Source: Octopus bimaculoides
Lineage: Eukaryota
Direction of reading: 5' to 3'
DNA: 64,000 nt
Assembly: GCF_001194135.2 (NCBI RefSeq)
Contig: NC_068984.1
Span: 29,734,800-29,798,799 of the forward strand
A program made the translations under genes and the position numbers. Numbering within the stretch: position 1 is the first letter of the stretch; each line of letters starts with the position of its first letter. This document shows, one piece after another, positions 1-10,810 of the stretch. The notes beneath the pieces are model-generated. The model had not been told where the DNA came from, did no database searches, and saw nothing but the letters and a program-made list of their open reading frames with translations.

Positions 1-440
1 CCAAAAGCCAATATGGAAAGTTCTCATATGCTATCGACCACATTTTAGTGTGTACTAATAGAATATACACGTTTAAGTGGGGATTGATTTAATACTTTAT
101 ATTTACCTGTCACATGGAGAATCACCATTGTTGGGAGGTGTTACTTAGTTCGTTTTCACGGTCCTCTCATCGCATTTGCTTTTGGAGAGTGAGATAGATG
201 GACATCGCTACCAGCGTTTGTGTTTATTGACCTGGTGTGGTTTCTTCTAGTATCTCTGTTAAAAATGTGTCTACTTATCTACTTTTTGAATGTGTTCACA
301 TCCAAGCTTTGTTGAACGCTAAAGATTTTCTTGCCAACACTTTTACAAAACTGGGTTCTTACTCTTGAGTGAGATGTGGCCTCCAGTAACGTACATTTTA
401 AGTGAGTGTTGGAATAGCTTTCAATCCCTGAGTTAGGCAT
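1..440 (-). mobile_element. possible highly degenerate Penelope-like (GIY-YIG region) remnant
   Basis: Minus-strand pieces KCTLLEATSH...KKIFSVQQSLDVNT and GQ*TQTLVAM...QMR*EDRENELSN loosely resemble the Cys-rich linker and GQT...ELSxH part of PLE endonucleases. Stops and frameshifts; match judged by eye. Confidence 0.25.
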
Positions 441-587
441 TAAACTATGACTTGATACACACACTCACACACACACATATATATGCATGTATGTATGTGT
501 GTATTTGTGTGTGTGTGTGTGTGCGTGTGTGAATGAGGGAGGAAGTTCGTCGTTTTTTTAGTCTTTTCCACTAGTTCATTTGTTTCG

Positions 588-880
588 CTGAGACAGAAGA
601 GGAGCAAAAGGAGATGGGCAGGAAGTCAAGAAAGCTGCTAATGATACATTGTATCATAGTAGGCGCATTAGGTATAATAAAAATATTCAGACTAATGTAT
701 ATCAAAAACACCAGTACTAATAAATATATATAACATACATATCCTATAACGCACACATCTTTCGTAAAACACATTCCATATAGTAAAAACAAGAATATCA
801 CAACAAAGCACAGCACGTACCCTAGGCATATAGAGCTGCACTCGGTAGTACAGTGTGAGCACGTGATAAAAATAAGACTA

Positions 881-953
<73 letters not shown>
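588..953 (+). mobile_element. R4/Dong-clade LINE, internally deleted 3' fragment (family X) with (AAT)n tail
   Basis: 588-650 reads TEEEQKEMGRKSRKLLMIH (post-RT motif) and is fused to IIVGALGIIK. The 3' UTR (...ctcggtagt...ataaaaataagactactg(aat)n) matches the reverse complement of 63660-63900. Confidence 0.75.
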
Positions 954-954
<1 letters not shown>

Positions 955-1084
955 GTTTCTCTGCCCTATGTGTACGGAAAACACTCGGCGAGAAATGGGA
1001 AAAAATTTGAAGAAAGAAGAAAAAAAAACATTAAAAAAAAAATAATAATAATAATAATAAGACGTTGCATGGTTGATTCCCAAA

Positions 1085-1745
1085 GCTTGTTACAGCAAAT
1101 AGTAGTAGTGAGACATGGATATGGTTGCAGAAAGCTTTAATTGTGACAAAAACCTAGTAGATTCCTAATGTAGTTTATGCAAATCAAAAGAGGGAAGCGT
1201 TGCTCACATAGTAAGTGAATGTAGCACGCTGGCAGAGAAAGAATACAAGGAAAGACATGATAACCTTCGGAGAGTAATCCACTGAGAGTTACGTAAAAAG
1301 CTAGGATGTGAACATGAACCTAGTAAAATACTAGAAAGTAAGAAATACAAAATGTTGTGAGACTTTAATATTCAGACTGACAGAATAATAGAAACTAGAC
1401 AGCCTGATTTGATAATAGTATTAATAATAGTATTTAATAATAGTATTTAATTAAAGTACCAGAAGCTAGCCATTGAATGAAAACGTCTATGGCAAGTGCG
1501 GGTAAAATGTATCCCAGTAGTTATAGGTGCATTTGGAAGTATCCCTAAATATCTGAACAGATGGATAGAGGAAATATGCATAAAGACTAGTTTAGTACAG
1601 TTCCAGAAAACAGTGTTGTTAGGGACAGTTAGGATACTTAGGGGGGTTCTTGGCATCTAAGGTTACTTGTTGGAGCCCGATGTTGGGATATTTTTCTTTT
1701 CTAACAGTCTAATCAGTGGTGTGTATATGAAAATAAAACAAAACA
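1085..1745 (+). mobile_element. R4/Dong-clade LINE 3' fragment (CCHC knuckle + REL endonuclease), pseudogenised
   Basis: 1169-1660 translates CSLCKSKEGSVAHIVSECSTLAEKEYKERHD...ML*DFNIQTDRIIETRQPDLII.../KYQKLAIE*KRLWQVRVKCIPVVIGAFG...FQKTVLLGTVRILRGVLGI*. Preceded by (AAT)n at 1043-1060. Confidence 0.85.
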
Positions 1746-1944
1746 ATAGTAAGCTAATAGACCAGATATTTTCTTTTTTTTTTTCCTCTCTCACTTCCTT
1801 CCCCCTTTTCTCTATCGCATGACTTTGTTAAAGAACAATCTGGTGTCTTCATTTTAATAACCTACCAATGTATACAACGAGATTCTTTGTCCTAGGTGTT
1901 AGGAAGACACTCAGCAAGAAATGGAAACAAAATTGAAAGAAAAT

Positions 1945-2020
1945 GGTGATGATGATGATGATGATGATGATAGTAGTAGCAATAATAATAATAATAATAA
2001 TTATTATTATTATTATAGCC
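1945..2020. repeat. compound microsatellite (TGA)n-(TAG)-(AAT)n-(ATT)n
   Basis: Direct inspection. Confidence 0.9.
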
Positions 2021-2635
2021 CTGTTCACTTTGATGGTATGCGTTACTCTCTCTACTAATAATTAAAATGATGATAGTGTTGATAGTGTTGATGAGGATGA
2101 TAATAATGGTTATTATAATTATATAAATACTTATACATATAGATAAATACGTACACACACAAACACACACATACACATGCATGCACCCACTTACACACAC
2201 GCACGCGCACGCACACAAATGTACTCAAACAAATGCACATATTAAAATCTGTATAAGAAATTTTTCTTGGAATAAATAGGATTTTCCCTTTATATTATTG
2301 GCTTATGTTGAAATTATTGCCATATATTTTACGTACTATTTGAAGCCATATGTTATTTCCTCATGCAACGTTTGTATGAAAATCGAAGAGAAAAAGAGGG
2401 GAAATTGTTTTTTTGAAAACGAGAAGAAAATTTAATGGCTTTCAGTCATGTTTCACATAGCGGAATGTGGGAATTTGTTGGAGAAGGGGAGGCAGACATT
2501 GCCAGTCGAGTGAGTGGAACAGGAGAAATAAACGAGATACAGGAACACAGAGAATATTAAAACACTTTCAACTTATCATACATACAATAATATTCAGAGA
2601 GGGAAAGGGAGAAAGAAAGAGAGAGAAGTTAGGGA

Positions 2636-2639
2636 GAGA

Positions 2640-2724
<85 letters not shown>

Positions 2725-2725
2725 G
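2636..2725. repeat. (GA)n microsatellite
   Basis: Direct inspection. Confidence 0.95.
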
Positions 2726-3256
2726 GAAATAGGGAGAATTATTTGTTAAGTTTGAATCGTTAATATTTATTAGCCTAAATAAGTTATGAATGGAATTTTT
2801 TCTATTTGTTGCTTTCTTTTCCATCTCTAGTTGACCAACAAATATATATCAACATAATGTGGTTATTCTTGCTATAATGCCAGTAAATTCGACAACTATC
2901 AACCACATTATAACAACACAACAAAACAACAACAATGACCCCACTATTTGAAATCAGTTATCGTTATTATATCTTTCATTAATGTAATGTATTGAAGTAA
3001 GGTGAACGATAATTGTTATAACGAAAAGGAAACCCCTAAGGAGACACATTTGTTGTATCGATTCTGTATAAGTGATACTATCAAGATGTGGAAGCTAGAA
3101 TCCTCTTCTATTGTAGTACATGCCTGTGTACACAGTATAAAATATTGGCGATATATGTGAACGTGTGTGTTTTTACGTATGTGTATGTGTGTGTATTACA
3201 TGAACATATCTGTAATATATATGTATGTATACATGTGTGTGTATGCGTGTGTATAC

Positions 3257-3300
<44 letters not shown>

Positions 3301-3590
3301 NNNNNNNNNNNNNNNNNNNNNNNNNNNNNNNNNNNNNNNNNNNNNNNNNNNNNNNNNNNNNNNNNNNNNNNNNNNNNNNNNNNNNNNNNNNNNNNNNNNN
3401 NNNNNNNNNNNNNNNNNNNNNNNNNNNNNNNNNNNNNNNNNNNNNNNNNNNNNNNNNNNNNNNNNNNNNNNNNNNNNNNNNNNNNNNNNNNNNNNNNNNN
3501 NNNNNNNNNNNNNNNNNNNNNNNNNNNNNNNNNNNNNNNNNNNNNNNNNNNNNNNNNNNNNNNNNNNNNNNNNNNNNNNNNNNNNNNNNN
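3301..3590. other. assembly gap (first of 12 N-runs; others at 11197-11590, 12729-12752, 15788-16618, 21800-22581, 25945-26263, 27077-27552, 31080-31810, 33670-33826, 51978-51987, ~53277-53448, 56430-57001)
   Basis: Runs of n, most abutting (TA)n on at least one side. Confidence 0.98.
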
Positions 3591-6129
3591 ATATATACGC
3601 ATATATGCTATATATATATAATTATAATAAATACAACGCGCGTGCGTGCAAGCATTATTCCTATTGTAGGTAAATGTTCCATTTCGTGTTTGACGAAAGA
3701 GATAATATAAGAAAAGAATAAATACAATGAACGTATATAAAAAAAACGCGGTTAAAATGGTATTTTGGCTAAATTTCCAACTGGGAAATCAGATACCAAC
3801 TCTGATTTAAAGTCATTTTTTTGACATCGCACTTCACGAGTGAAAACCTTTATTTTATTGTATCTTGCTAGACACGCACCTTTACACAGACGTGTATAAA
3901 TTTTGAGTCCCTCTAGAATAAAGCCACTTTAAAAATTTACTTCTAGAAGTGATAGCGACACGATATATCTTATAAGCTAAATTAGAATTCCTTATAGACA
4001 TTTGTAGATTTCTAAAAGCATTTACTACATAATCATTGATATTAAACACCTCTTAAATTATTTGCTCTGTTTGAAAGAAAACATAATTCGCTGCTTATGT
4101 TCCTGTAATACTGGTAGTTGATTAATTCAAAGAACATCATGAATCTTTTGTAGCTCCTGAAGAACTGGAAACATTTACTTAATTTAATATCTCTATACTT
4201 ATATAACATATATACGTTTCGGCCAACATTGGCCAAGGGCATGAAGGATCTACGAGATGTTATTGCTCATTGTACCCTGCCCATCTCTCACAAGTCACAA
4301 ATATTCTGACCGTGACTATCGAATTTTTTTCCGTAGACAAAGTAACTACAATATAATCCACTTCACACTCCTTCGTGTAAGCTTTCAGGAAGGGTTATTT
4401 GGCTGATATTTTTCTTGCCGATGAAAGCTACATAGAGGAACCATCATTGACTCATAAAAAATATGTTGTCGTCTATTGATTCCTGGACACATCTGACTGA
4501 GTAGAACTATGATAAAAGCCATTTCAGTCGTGACGAACTCACTTTTCCAGATATAGTACATGTTGAATAATATTATCCAAATTGTACAAGTCGTTGATAT
4601 TTTATTTAGGGAGCATTTTATTTATTTCTAGCAGGTTATGCGGTCATTCAAATGCACCCTTCGTTGTTTTGTAGTCGATAGTGCTAAGGTCAATGATGTT
4701 CGGAATACACATTCGAAGTTTCTGTCAATAGTTTTTAATATGAATAAATGAATCATTTAAAACAAATTTTTAAAATGAAAAGTTTACCATTTCATATCCT
4801 TACTGTTATATACAACAAGCCTGAAATGCTTGTCTATTACATCCACCCCAGTATCGAGCATAAGGTAAGGTTGGCGTTATATCAGTGTTATGGAATGTTA
4901 TAAAGTAAGAATGCACAGTGTAAGGTAAACAAAATATAGAGATAGTTAAATAGTTTTAAAGGGATATAAATATACTTAAGTAAAGGTGATAGTGAAATGA
5001 TTTGGAAAATCAAAATTCAGAGCAGTCAAGACACGTAACTTTACAGAAAGGAAATTTTTTATTGCACCATTAACTAAACAATTAAATATTTATTTTCTCA
5101 TTATATGTATTGCTTGAAAATTGTTTAAACATTTTGCCGTTTGTTTAGTTTTCTGATATTAGTTAATTATTAATTAATGAATAAATTAGTATTTAATATA
5201 TTACACCATTAACAATTAACTTATTGGCTAGCAAACAAAAAAGATAATCTTATTATGTAATATATTGCGTTATTTAAATTCTAAAAAACATAAAATAAAA
5301 AGACACTGATTTTATCAAACACAAAATAATGTATATTTTCATGTGTAATAGTTTGATAGCAATGCTTTTTTGCAGTAAATCCACAATCAATGGTATTTTT
5401 ACATTATTACGCTTGCTGCTCTGCACACAGTCTGCTTTGAAAGAAATACGACTATAGATTTCAGCTTCCACACGTCGAAATATATTTTTAGTTGGAAAGC
5501 AAAGAATTAAAGTAGTTTTCTATTTCTGATATAGTTATACAATTCTTAAAATTTTTAATAAAAAAACGTATTTTATCTGGTTCACGATATCAGATATAGT
5601 CATAAATCTATTTTCCTGATGTGTTCAGATTTCAAATATTATAAAGTCATTTTAAAATACCTCTTGATATTTCGAGGGTATGTACTTTTAGAAAATCTTT
5701 ACATGACAAGGTCAGGCACGTTCATAGGGCCGGTTGCAGATAAATTATATGAACGACACTTACACGAATTAAATTTTGCTGTTTTACTAAATATCAAATT
5801 TAGTTTATTTATGAGAATTGTAATCGACAAGTAGTTAACTGTTCACAAAGAGGCATGAGAATTTAAATGCATGTGTAAGCTTTTATGTATAGAGGTTGTG
5901 TTGCAAATTGTCGAGAGTACTTTCTGCGGAAGAAGATTCTTCAGTTAAATAATGACAAATATAAAATGACCATGCGCATAATAATTAAGTTTGGTGTTGG
6001 AAGATCCGACAAATAGTTGTATAATGAGGTGGGGGCTAGAAGGATAGGATGAAAGTATATGTGCAATGTGAACTAATCGAAAGGTATAGCGAGAAGATTT
6101 ATTTTGATTTGATCTGGAAATTTTGTTAT

Positions 6130-6380
6130 TGTAGAGTGACGTAAGGGTATTGGTCAATGTGTCAAATTCAGATCACGACATTCTTTGTATAGAAAGTTGG
6201 CTTTTGTTGAATTCTAAGGTTCACGAAAGAAAGTCAGTAGATAAATAAGTTGGTCACTGGAAAGAGCTTATTTTGGGGTTATTGCATTTCCATTTTAAAA
6301 AAATTACATTGCGTATTATGGAAAGTTTAGAAGCGGGGAGACTAGATTACTATGAATAATTATAGGAGATTTGTAATCTG
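6130..6380 (+). mobile_element. possible LINE apurinic-endonuclease (APE) remnant
   Basis: DVRVLVN...HDILCIESWL and, after a frameshift, IIGDL resemble the NxRxL, DIxxxxETWL and IIGDFN motifs of APE domains. Short and degenerate. Confidence 0.3.
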
Positions 6381-6429
6381 ATTCTAGTGTAGCTTACAGC
6401 TCTTTCTCATATGATATGCAATGCACAAA

Positions 6430-6660
6430 GGCGGCGAGCAGGCAGAAACGTTAGCACGCCGGGCGAAATACTTGCCGGTATTTCGTCTGCCATTACGTTC
6501 TGAGTTCAAACTTCGCCGAGGTGGACTTTGCCTTTCATCCTTTCGGGGTCGATAAATTAAGTACCAGTTACGCACTGGGTTCGATGTAATCGACTTAATC
6601 CCTTTGTCTGTCCTTGTTTGTCCCCTCTATGTCTAGCCCCTTGTGGGCAATAACGAAACA
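6430..6660 (+). mobile_element. tRNA-derived SINE family A, long-tail subfamily A1
   Basis: Head ggcggcgagcaggcagaaacgttagcacg with B-box-like gagttcaaac; core gactttgcctttcatcctttcggggtcgataaattaagtaccag (Meta-domain-like, from memory); near-identical to 20497-20729. Confidence 0.9.
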
Positions 6661-6860
6661 AGAAACGTTAGCACGCGGGCGAAATGCTTAGCGGTATTTC
6701 GTCTGTCTTTACATTCTGAGTTCAGATTCCACCGAGGTCGATTTTGCCTTTCACCCCTTCGGGTCGATAAATTAAGTACCAGTTGCGTACTGGGGTCGAT
6801 ATAATCGACTGGCTCCCTCCTCAAAAAATGTCGGGCCTTGTGTCTAGACTAGAAAAGAAT
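6661..6860 (+). mobile_element. SINE family A, short-tail subfamily A2, 5'-clipped, directly behind A1
   Basis: Same head and core; tail ccctcctcaaaaaatgtcgggccttgtgtctagactagaaaagaat matches 54150-54196. Confidence 0.85.
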
Positions 6861-7078
6861 ATGCAATTTACTCATAGCTAAATACCTGTGTATCACCTTG
6901 TAGCTTATAACTATACAGTTTCAGTAAAATTAGAGTTGTCCCGGACTGTCCCAGTTAGGTAAAACTGATATACTTTTGTATATGTTCAGGATATAAAATT
7001 ATGACTTCAAGTCCCGATTAAGTCAAATATATTTTTATCACTTTTAGTTTGATAAAGCAAGTTACCAATCATCTGCTG

Positions 7079-7200
7079 AGTCGAAATATTTGACTGGTTC
7101 CCGGTGCCACCATATTTAAGAACTGAGCTGATATGTTCAACTAAACCATTTCAAGACGGTGCCCGGCATGGCCGCAATTTAGTGAGTGAAACAAATAAGT
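7079..7200 (+). mobile_element. SINE family C 3' fragment
   Basis: gacggtgcccggcatggccgcaatttagtgagtgaaacaaataag, similar to 8950-9006 and to the reverse complement of 33218-33260. Confidence 0.5.
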
Positions 7201-7815
7201 TATAAGATTGCAAAAATAGTATGAATCAATTATAGAATTATAATAATTTTTCGTATCTAAGTGCATTCCTAAATCTATCAAATATCAAGACTTTAAAAAT
7301 AGTTTCACTTTAGATTTTATCTACAGACGACCTGCGTCGCGAAAATAACCTCTTTTCAATGCTTTTATTACGTATTTAACAATGAGAATGCTATGTGTAT
7401 CTCTAAAACTCTTTGATATCATGAACGTAAGTAGTTAACATCAGTTTCTTTCTTTCGCAGTTTTTGAATTGTAATAATTATTCGGATTAGAATCATGAGG
7501 TTATAAGTTTATCGGTTCGTGGCCAATGATGGATGAAAAGTTTAGATACATATCCATAAATCTTTGCTATCATTTTCAGCATGTTTACAATGTTTCACTA
7601 TAGCGATCGGCTTGGGATTTGTAAAAGATATTATCAAAAGAAATATAACGTGAGTCGATTCTATCATATTATTGTTACCTATTTTATCGACCGTATACAA
7701 TAGAAAAGAATAAACGCAGCATTCTTGATTTTTCTCTGAATTGCAGGACACCAAAGTTCTTTATTTCTTCTTTCGAATCATTTTCGTTGACGGAGACTTA
7801 CCAGCCTACAAATAA

Positions 7816-8028
7816 TTGTTTCAAATTTTGGTACAAGGCCAACAATTTCTGGTTAAGGATAAAGTCGATTAAATAGACTCCAGCACTCAACAGGTGCTTA
7901 TTTTGTTGACTCCGAAAAGATAAAAGGCAAAGTCGACCTTGGTGGAATTTGAACTCAGAACGTAAAAACGGATAAAATGCTGCTAAGCATTTTGTCCGGC
8001 GCATAACGATTCTGCCTGCCCGCCGCCT
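7816..8028 (-). mobile_element. SINE family A, diverged
   Basis: aaaggcaaagtcgaccttggtggaatttgaactcagaacgtaaa is the reverse complement of the family A core. Confidence 0.85.
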
Positions 8029-8265
8029 TACCATGTGACTAATGATATTGGCATTTTTATTTTAGTCCAGATATATCATGCGTTACGAACTGTGACTGTA
8101 AAAACGTTTTTGATACCATGTTTGGTGCTTCATTATGCAAAGTATACCGGCAAAATGACAACCCATAAACACTGGAAAACATAATTTGGTTGGGAAAAGT
8201 AAATAGTTTACTGAGTCAGCAAATTAATATGAACACATTTATGCATACAAATAAATAAACAAATA

Positions 8266-8420
8266 GATGCAGGCGGGGCCGTATGGCAAAAGTTTGCTTC
8301 CCAACCAGATGATACTGTGTTCAGTCCCACTGCATGTCTCCGTGACAAAGTGTATTCTACTAAAGCACGAGCCGACCAAAGTCATGTGAGTAGATTTGGC
8401 AGACACACTGAAAGCTGTCG
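8266..8420 (+). mobile_element. tRNA-derived SINE family B, diverged
   Basis: ttcagtcccactgc...ccgaccaaagtcatgtgagtagatttggcagac...ctgaaag followed by (TA)n; similar to 56210-56382 and 45668-45741. Confidence 0.75.
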
Positions 8421-8451
<31 letters not shown>

Positions 8452-8598
8452 CCGTTATGTTCTAATTGCTAATAAGCAACCCTCTTTAATTTGATATATA
8501 TATATAATTTTTTTTAAAGAAAAACGTAAATACAGAGAAGATGCTCACTCTAAGAAGTAGAGCAATCTATATTAATTACTGGTGAAGGCTGGTTTATA

Positions 8599-8774
8599 GA
8601 GTTACCCTGGGTTTCTCACCGTAAAATGTACCTTTATGGCGTATCTTCAAACCATAAGACCTATTAGCCTATAGCCTGTATTAAATATTCTAAAGAGTCC
8701 ATAGACCAACAGGTTTTAGGGTCTGAAGATACGCCATAAAGGTACCCTTTATGGGGATACTGTCAGAGTAGCCC
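8599..8774. mobile_element. MITE with ~65-bp imperfect TIRs, GRG termini and TATA target duplication (Sola2-like)
   Basis: tata|gagttaccctg...gtacctttatggcgtatcttcaaacc versus ggtctgaagatacgccataaaggtac...gtagccc|tata. Arms align without gaps; the core matches 25/26. Confidence 0.75.
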
Positions 8775-8806
8775 TATATATGTATGTATGTATGTACGTA
8801 TGCGCA

Positions 8807-9006
8807 TGTGTTTGTTTCTGAAAACCGCTTGGCAACCGATGTTGGTATGTTTACGTCCCTGTATCTAGTGATTCTGCATAAAGAGAAAGACAAATTAAGT
8901 ACCAGCCTTGAAATTATTTAAATAATAAAGTCGACTCGTTCGACTAAAATCCATATAGGCGGTGCCCTATCACAGCCATAATCCAATGATTGGAACAAAT
9001 GAAAGG
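8807..9006 (+). mobile_element. SINE family C 3' half
   Basis: ccgcttggcaaccgatgttggtatgtttacgtccc is the reverse complement of the 54700-54740 copy. Confidence 0.7.
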
Positions 9007-9063
9007 TATATACACATGCACACACATGTAGTTCGTAGATATTATCTAATGGTACTGTAATGT

Positions 9064-9108
<45 letters not shown>

Positions 9109-9109
9109 A

Positions 9110-9275
9110 ATATATGAGTATATGCATATATATGTACATACCTTCATCTACATGTATATATAGATGCATATCTGAGTACATGACGTTGCAAAAAAACATG
9201 GGCAAATGATAAACAGGGTACAGAAAACATACAGAAAGCATACAGCTGCCACCATTATAACACTGGCGTTTCGAA
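9110..9275 (-). repeat. dispersed repeat, copy 1 (copy 2 at 60800-60980)
   Basis: Reverse complement aaacgccagtgttataatggtggcagctg...catgtagatgaaggtatgtacata matches 60800-60980. Confidence 0.85.
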
Positions 9276-10200
9276 GAGTTAGGGCATGTAATACATATAT
9301 ATATGACATCATGTATTACATATATTACCGTAATATTCAACTAATTTCAAATTCGGTAACTTTGATTTATTCCTATGTAAACTAAATATAATTCATTTTG
9401 ACACGAGTGGTCCAGCTTCATTCATTCAGTCAGAACTAAAAATGAAAGCAAAACAAATTACTGATATTAGTATGCTAGCATCATTTAAAGGTATTTGCTT
9501 TGCATCCATCCACACATGGATAACACAATATTCAATTACTATCTTAGAGGAAGCTTTCAATATCTTAATCGCATGATCTAAAAATTTCCATTGAGAATAT
9601 ATTGAGATTATTACTTTCTCTTCTATTTCTGTGGAATATGTTACCTGTACAATTCTTTGGTGCTGTTTACTTATCGTTTTATCACAACCTGATTATCAGC
9701 AAATGATTAAGCAACTTGCTGTATCTATACTAATATTTTACAGTAAATGCATTACATCAATGATTCTGCAAACAAATAGATAAAATAAATAAATAAATCT
9801 GCAGTTAATTCACTAAAGCTTTAATTCAGTAACTACGCTATTTCTCTAATTCTCTCTTAACAACTTATTCTATCTCATTCTCTTTTTTGTCTCAGTACAG
9901 TTAGTAGCATTCATGTATAACTAAACGTCTCATTAGTGCTACAAACAGCATATTTTCAAGTCTGACGTATCCTCCGCCACCTGAACATGTAAATACATTC
10001 ATTATATGTCTAAATGAAAATAAGGCTACGTCAATAAATACGCGCATAGCAAACTATATATATATATATCCCGTTATATATATATATATCCCGTTATATA
10101 TATACATATATACATACGGGCAGTTTTCTGCTAGACCCTTGATAATATTTTCACATTTGATTCCCAATTCTAATGCGCTTTATATATTACGTCTAATTAT

Positions 10201-10810
10201 AAGGCAGGAAAGGCAAGGACAGTAATGATGCTAAGGTATTCGAAAGATCAGAACATCCGAGAAAACCCCCCAAAACTACGAACTGGGAAGAAACGGAAAG
10301 CCGAAGAGGCAGTAAAAAGGGCGATCGGAAAACCAAGGCAAGTCGGTATAGTCGGAGCGACGCAAGAAGCAAGAGCCGGTCTAGGGATGCACAATTTCAA
10401 GCCATTTTGCATGAGCAGTGTAAAAAAAAAAAAAAAAAGGAAGTGGTACTCGAAGCGAGAAATGAAGAAGAAAGGCGAAATGTACATTTGGTACAATGTC
10501 GTCAACAGGGACAGTGCCTGAGATGCGAGGAATATGTGGTCAGTAGCAGAATCTCATGAAAAGAACTTTGGTCTTGGGAACAAGCAAGAGCATCCTTCCT
10601 GATCAAGTCTACATCCCACGTTTTACCTTCACCGGTGAATTTAGTCCAGTGGAACATACAAACAACTGATGAATGTGGATGCGAAGAGAAAGCGACGGTT
10701 TTGTCAAACTGCAGGCTAGCATTAGGCAGACATACATAGCGTCACAATCAAGTCCTCGGTGTCATAAGCGCAGCATTCTTAGACTTCAGTGCATGCAAGG
10801 GAATTTCTAA
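10201..10810 (+). mobile_element. HERO-clade (REL) non-LTR retrotransposon fragment
   Basis: LRTGKKRKAEEAV...IVGATQEARAGLG, then in another frame QQGQCL...ELWSWEQARASFLIKSTSHVLPSPVNLVQW...ECGCEEKATVLSNCRLALGRHT*RHNQVL. These are motifs typical of HERO ORFs between RT and endonuclease. Confidence 0.75.

Noticed and set aside
571-1083. 170-aa ORF and many similar I/Y, C/V, H/T, R/E, poly-L/N and X-rich ORFs across the window
   Set aside because: Translations of microsatellites or N-gaps, not genes.
4230-4720. Possible DNA transposase remnant on the minus strand (TCTIW...YYIWKSEF..., KKFDSHG)
   Set aside because: Motif similarity is too vague, spread over frames with stops, and no TIRs were found.
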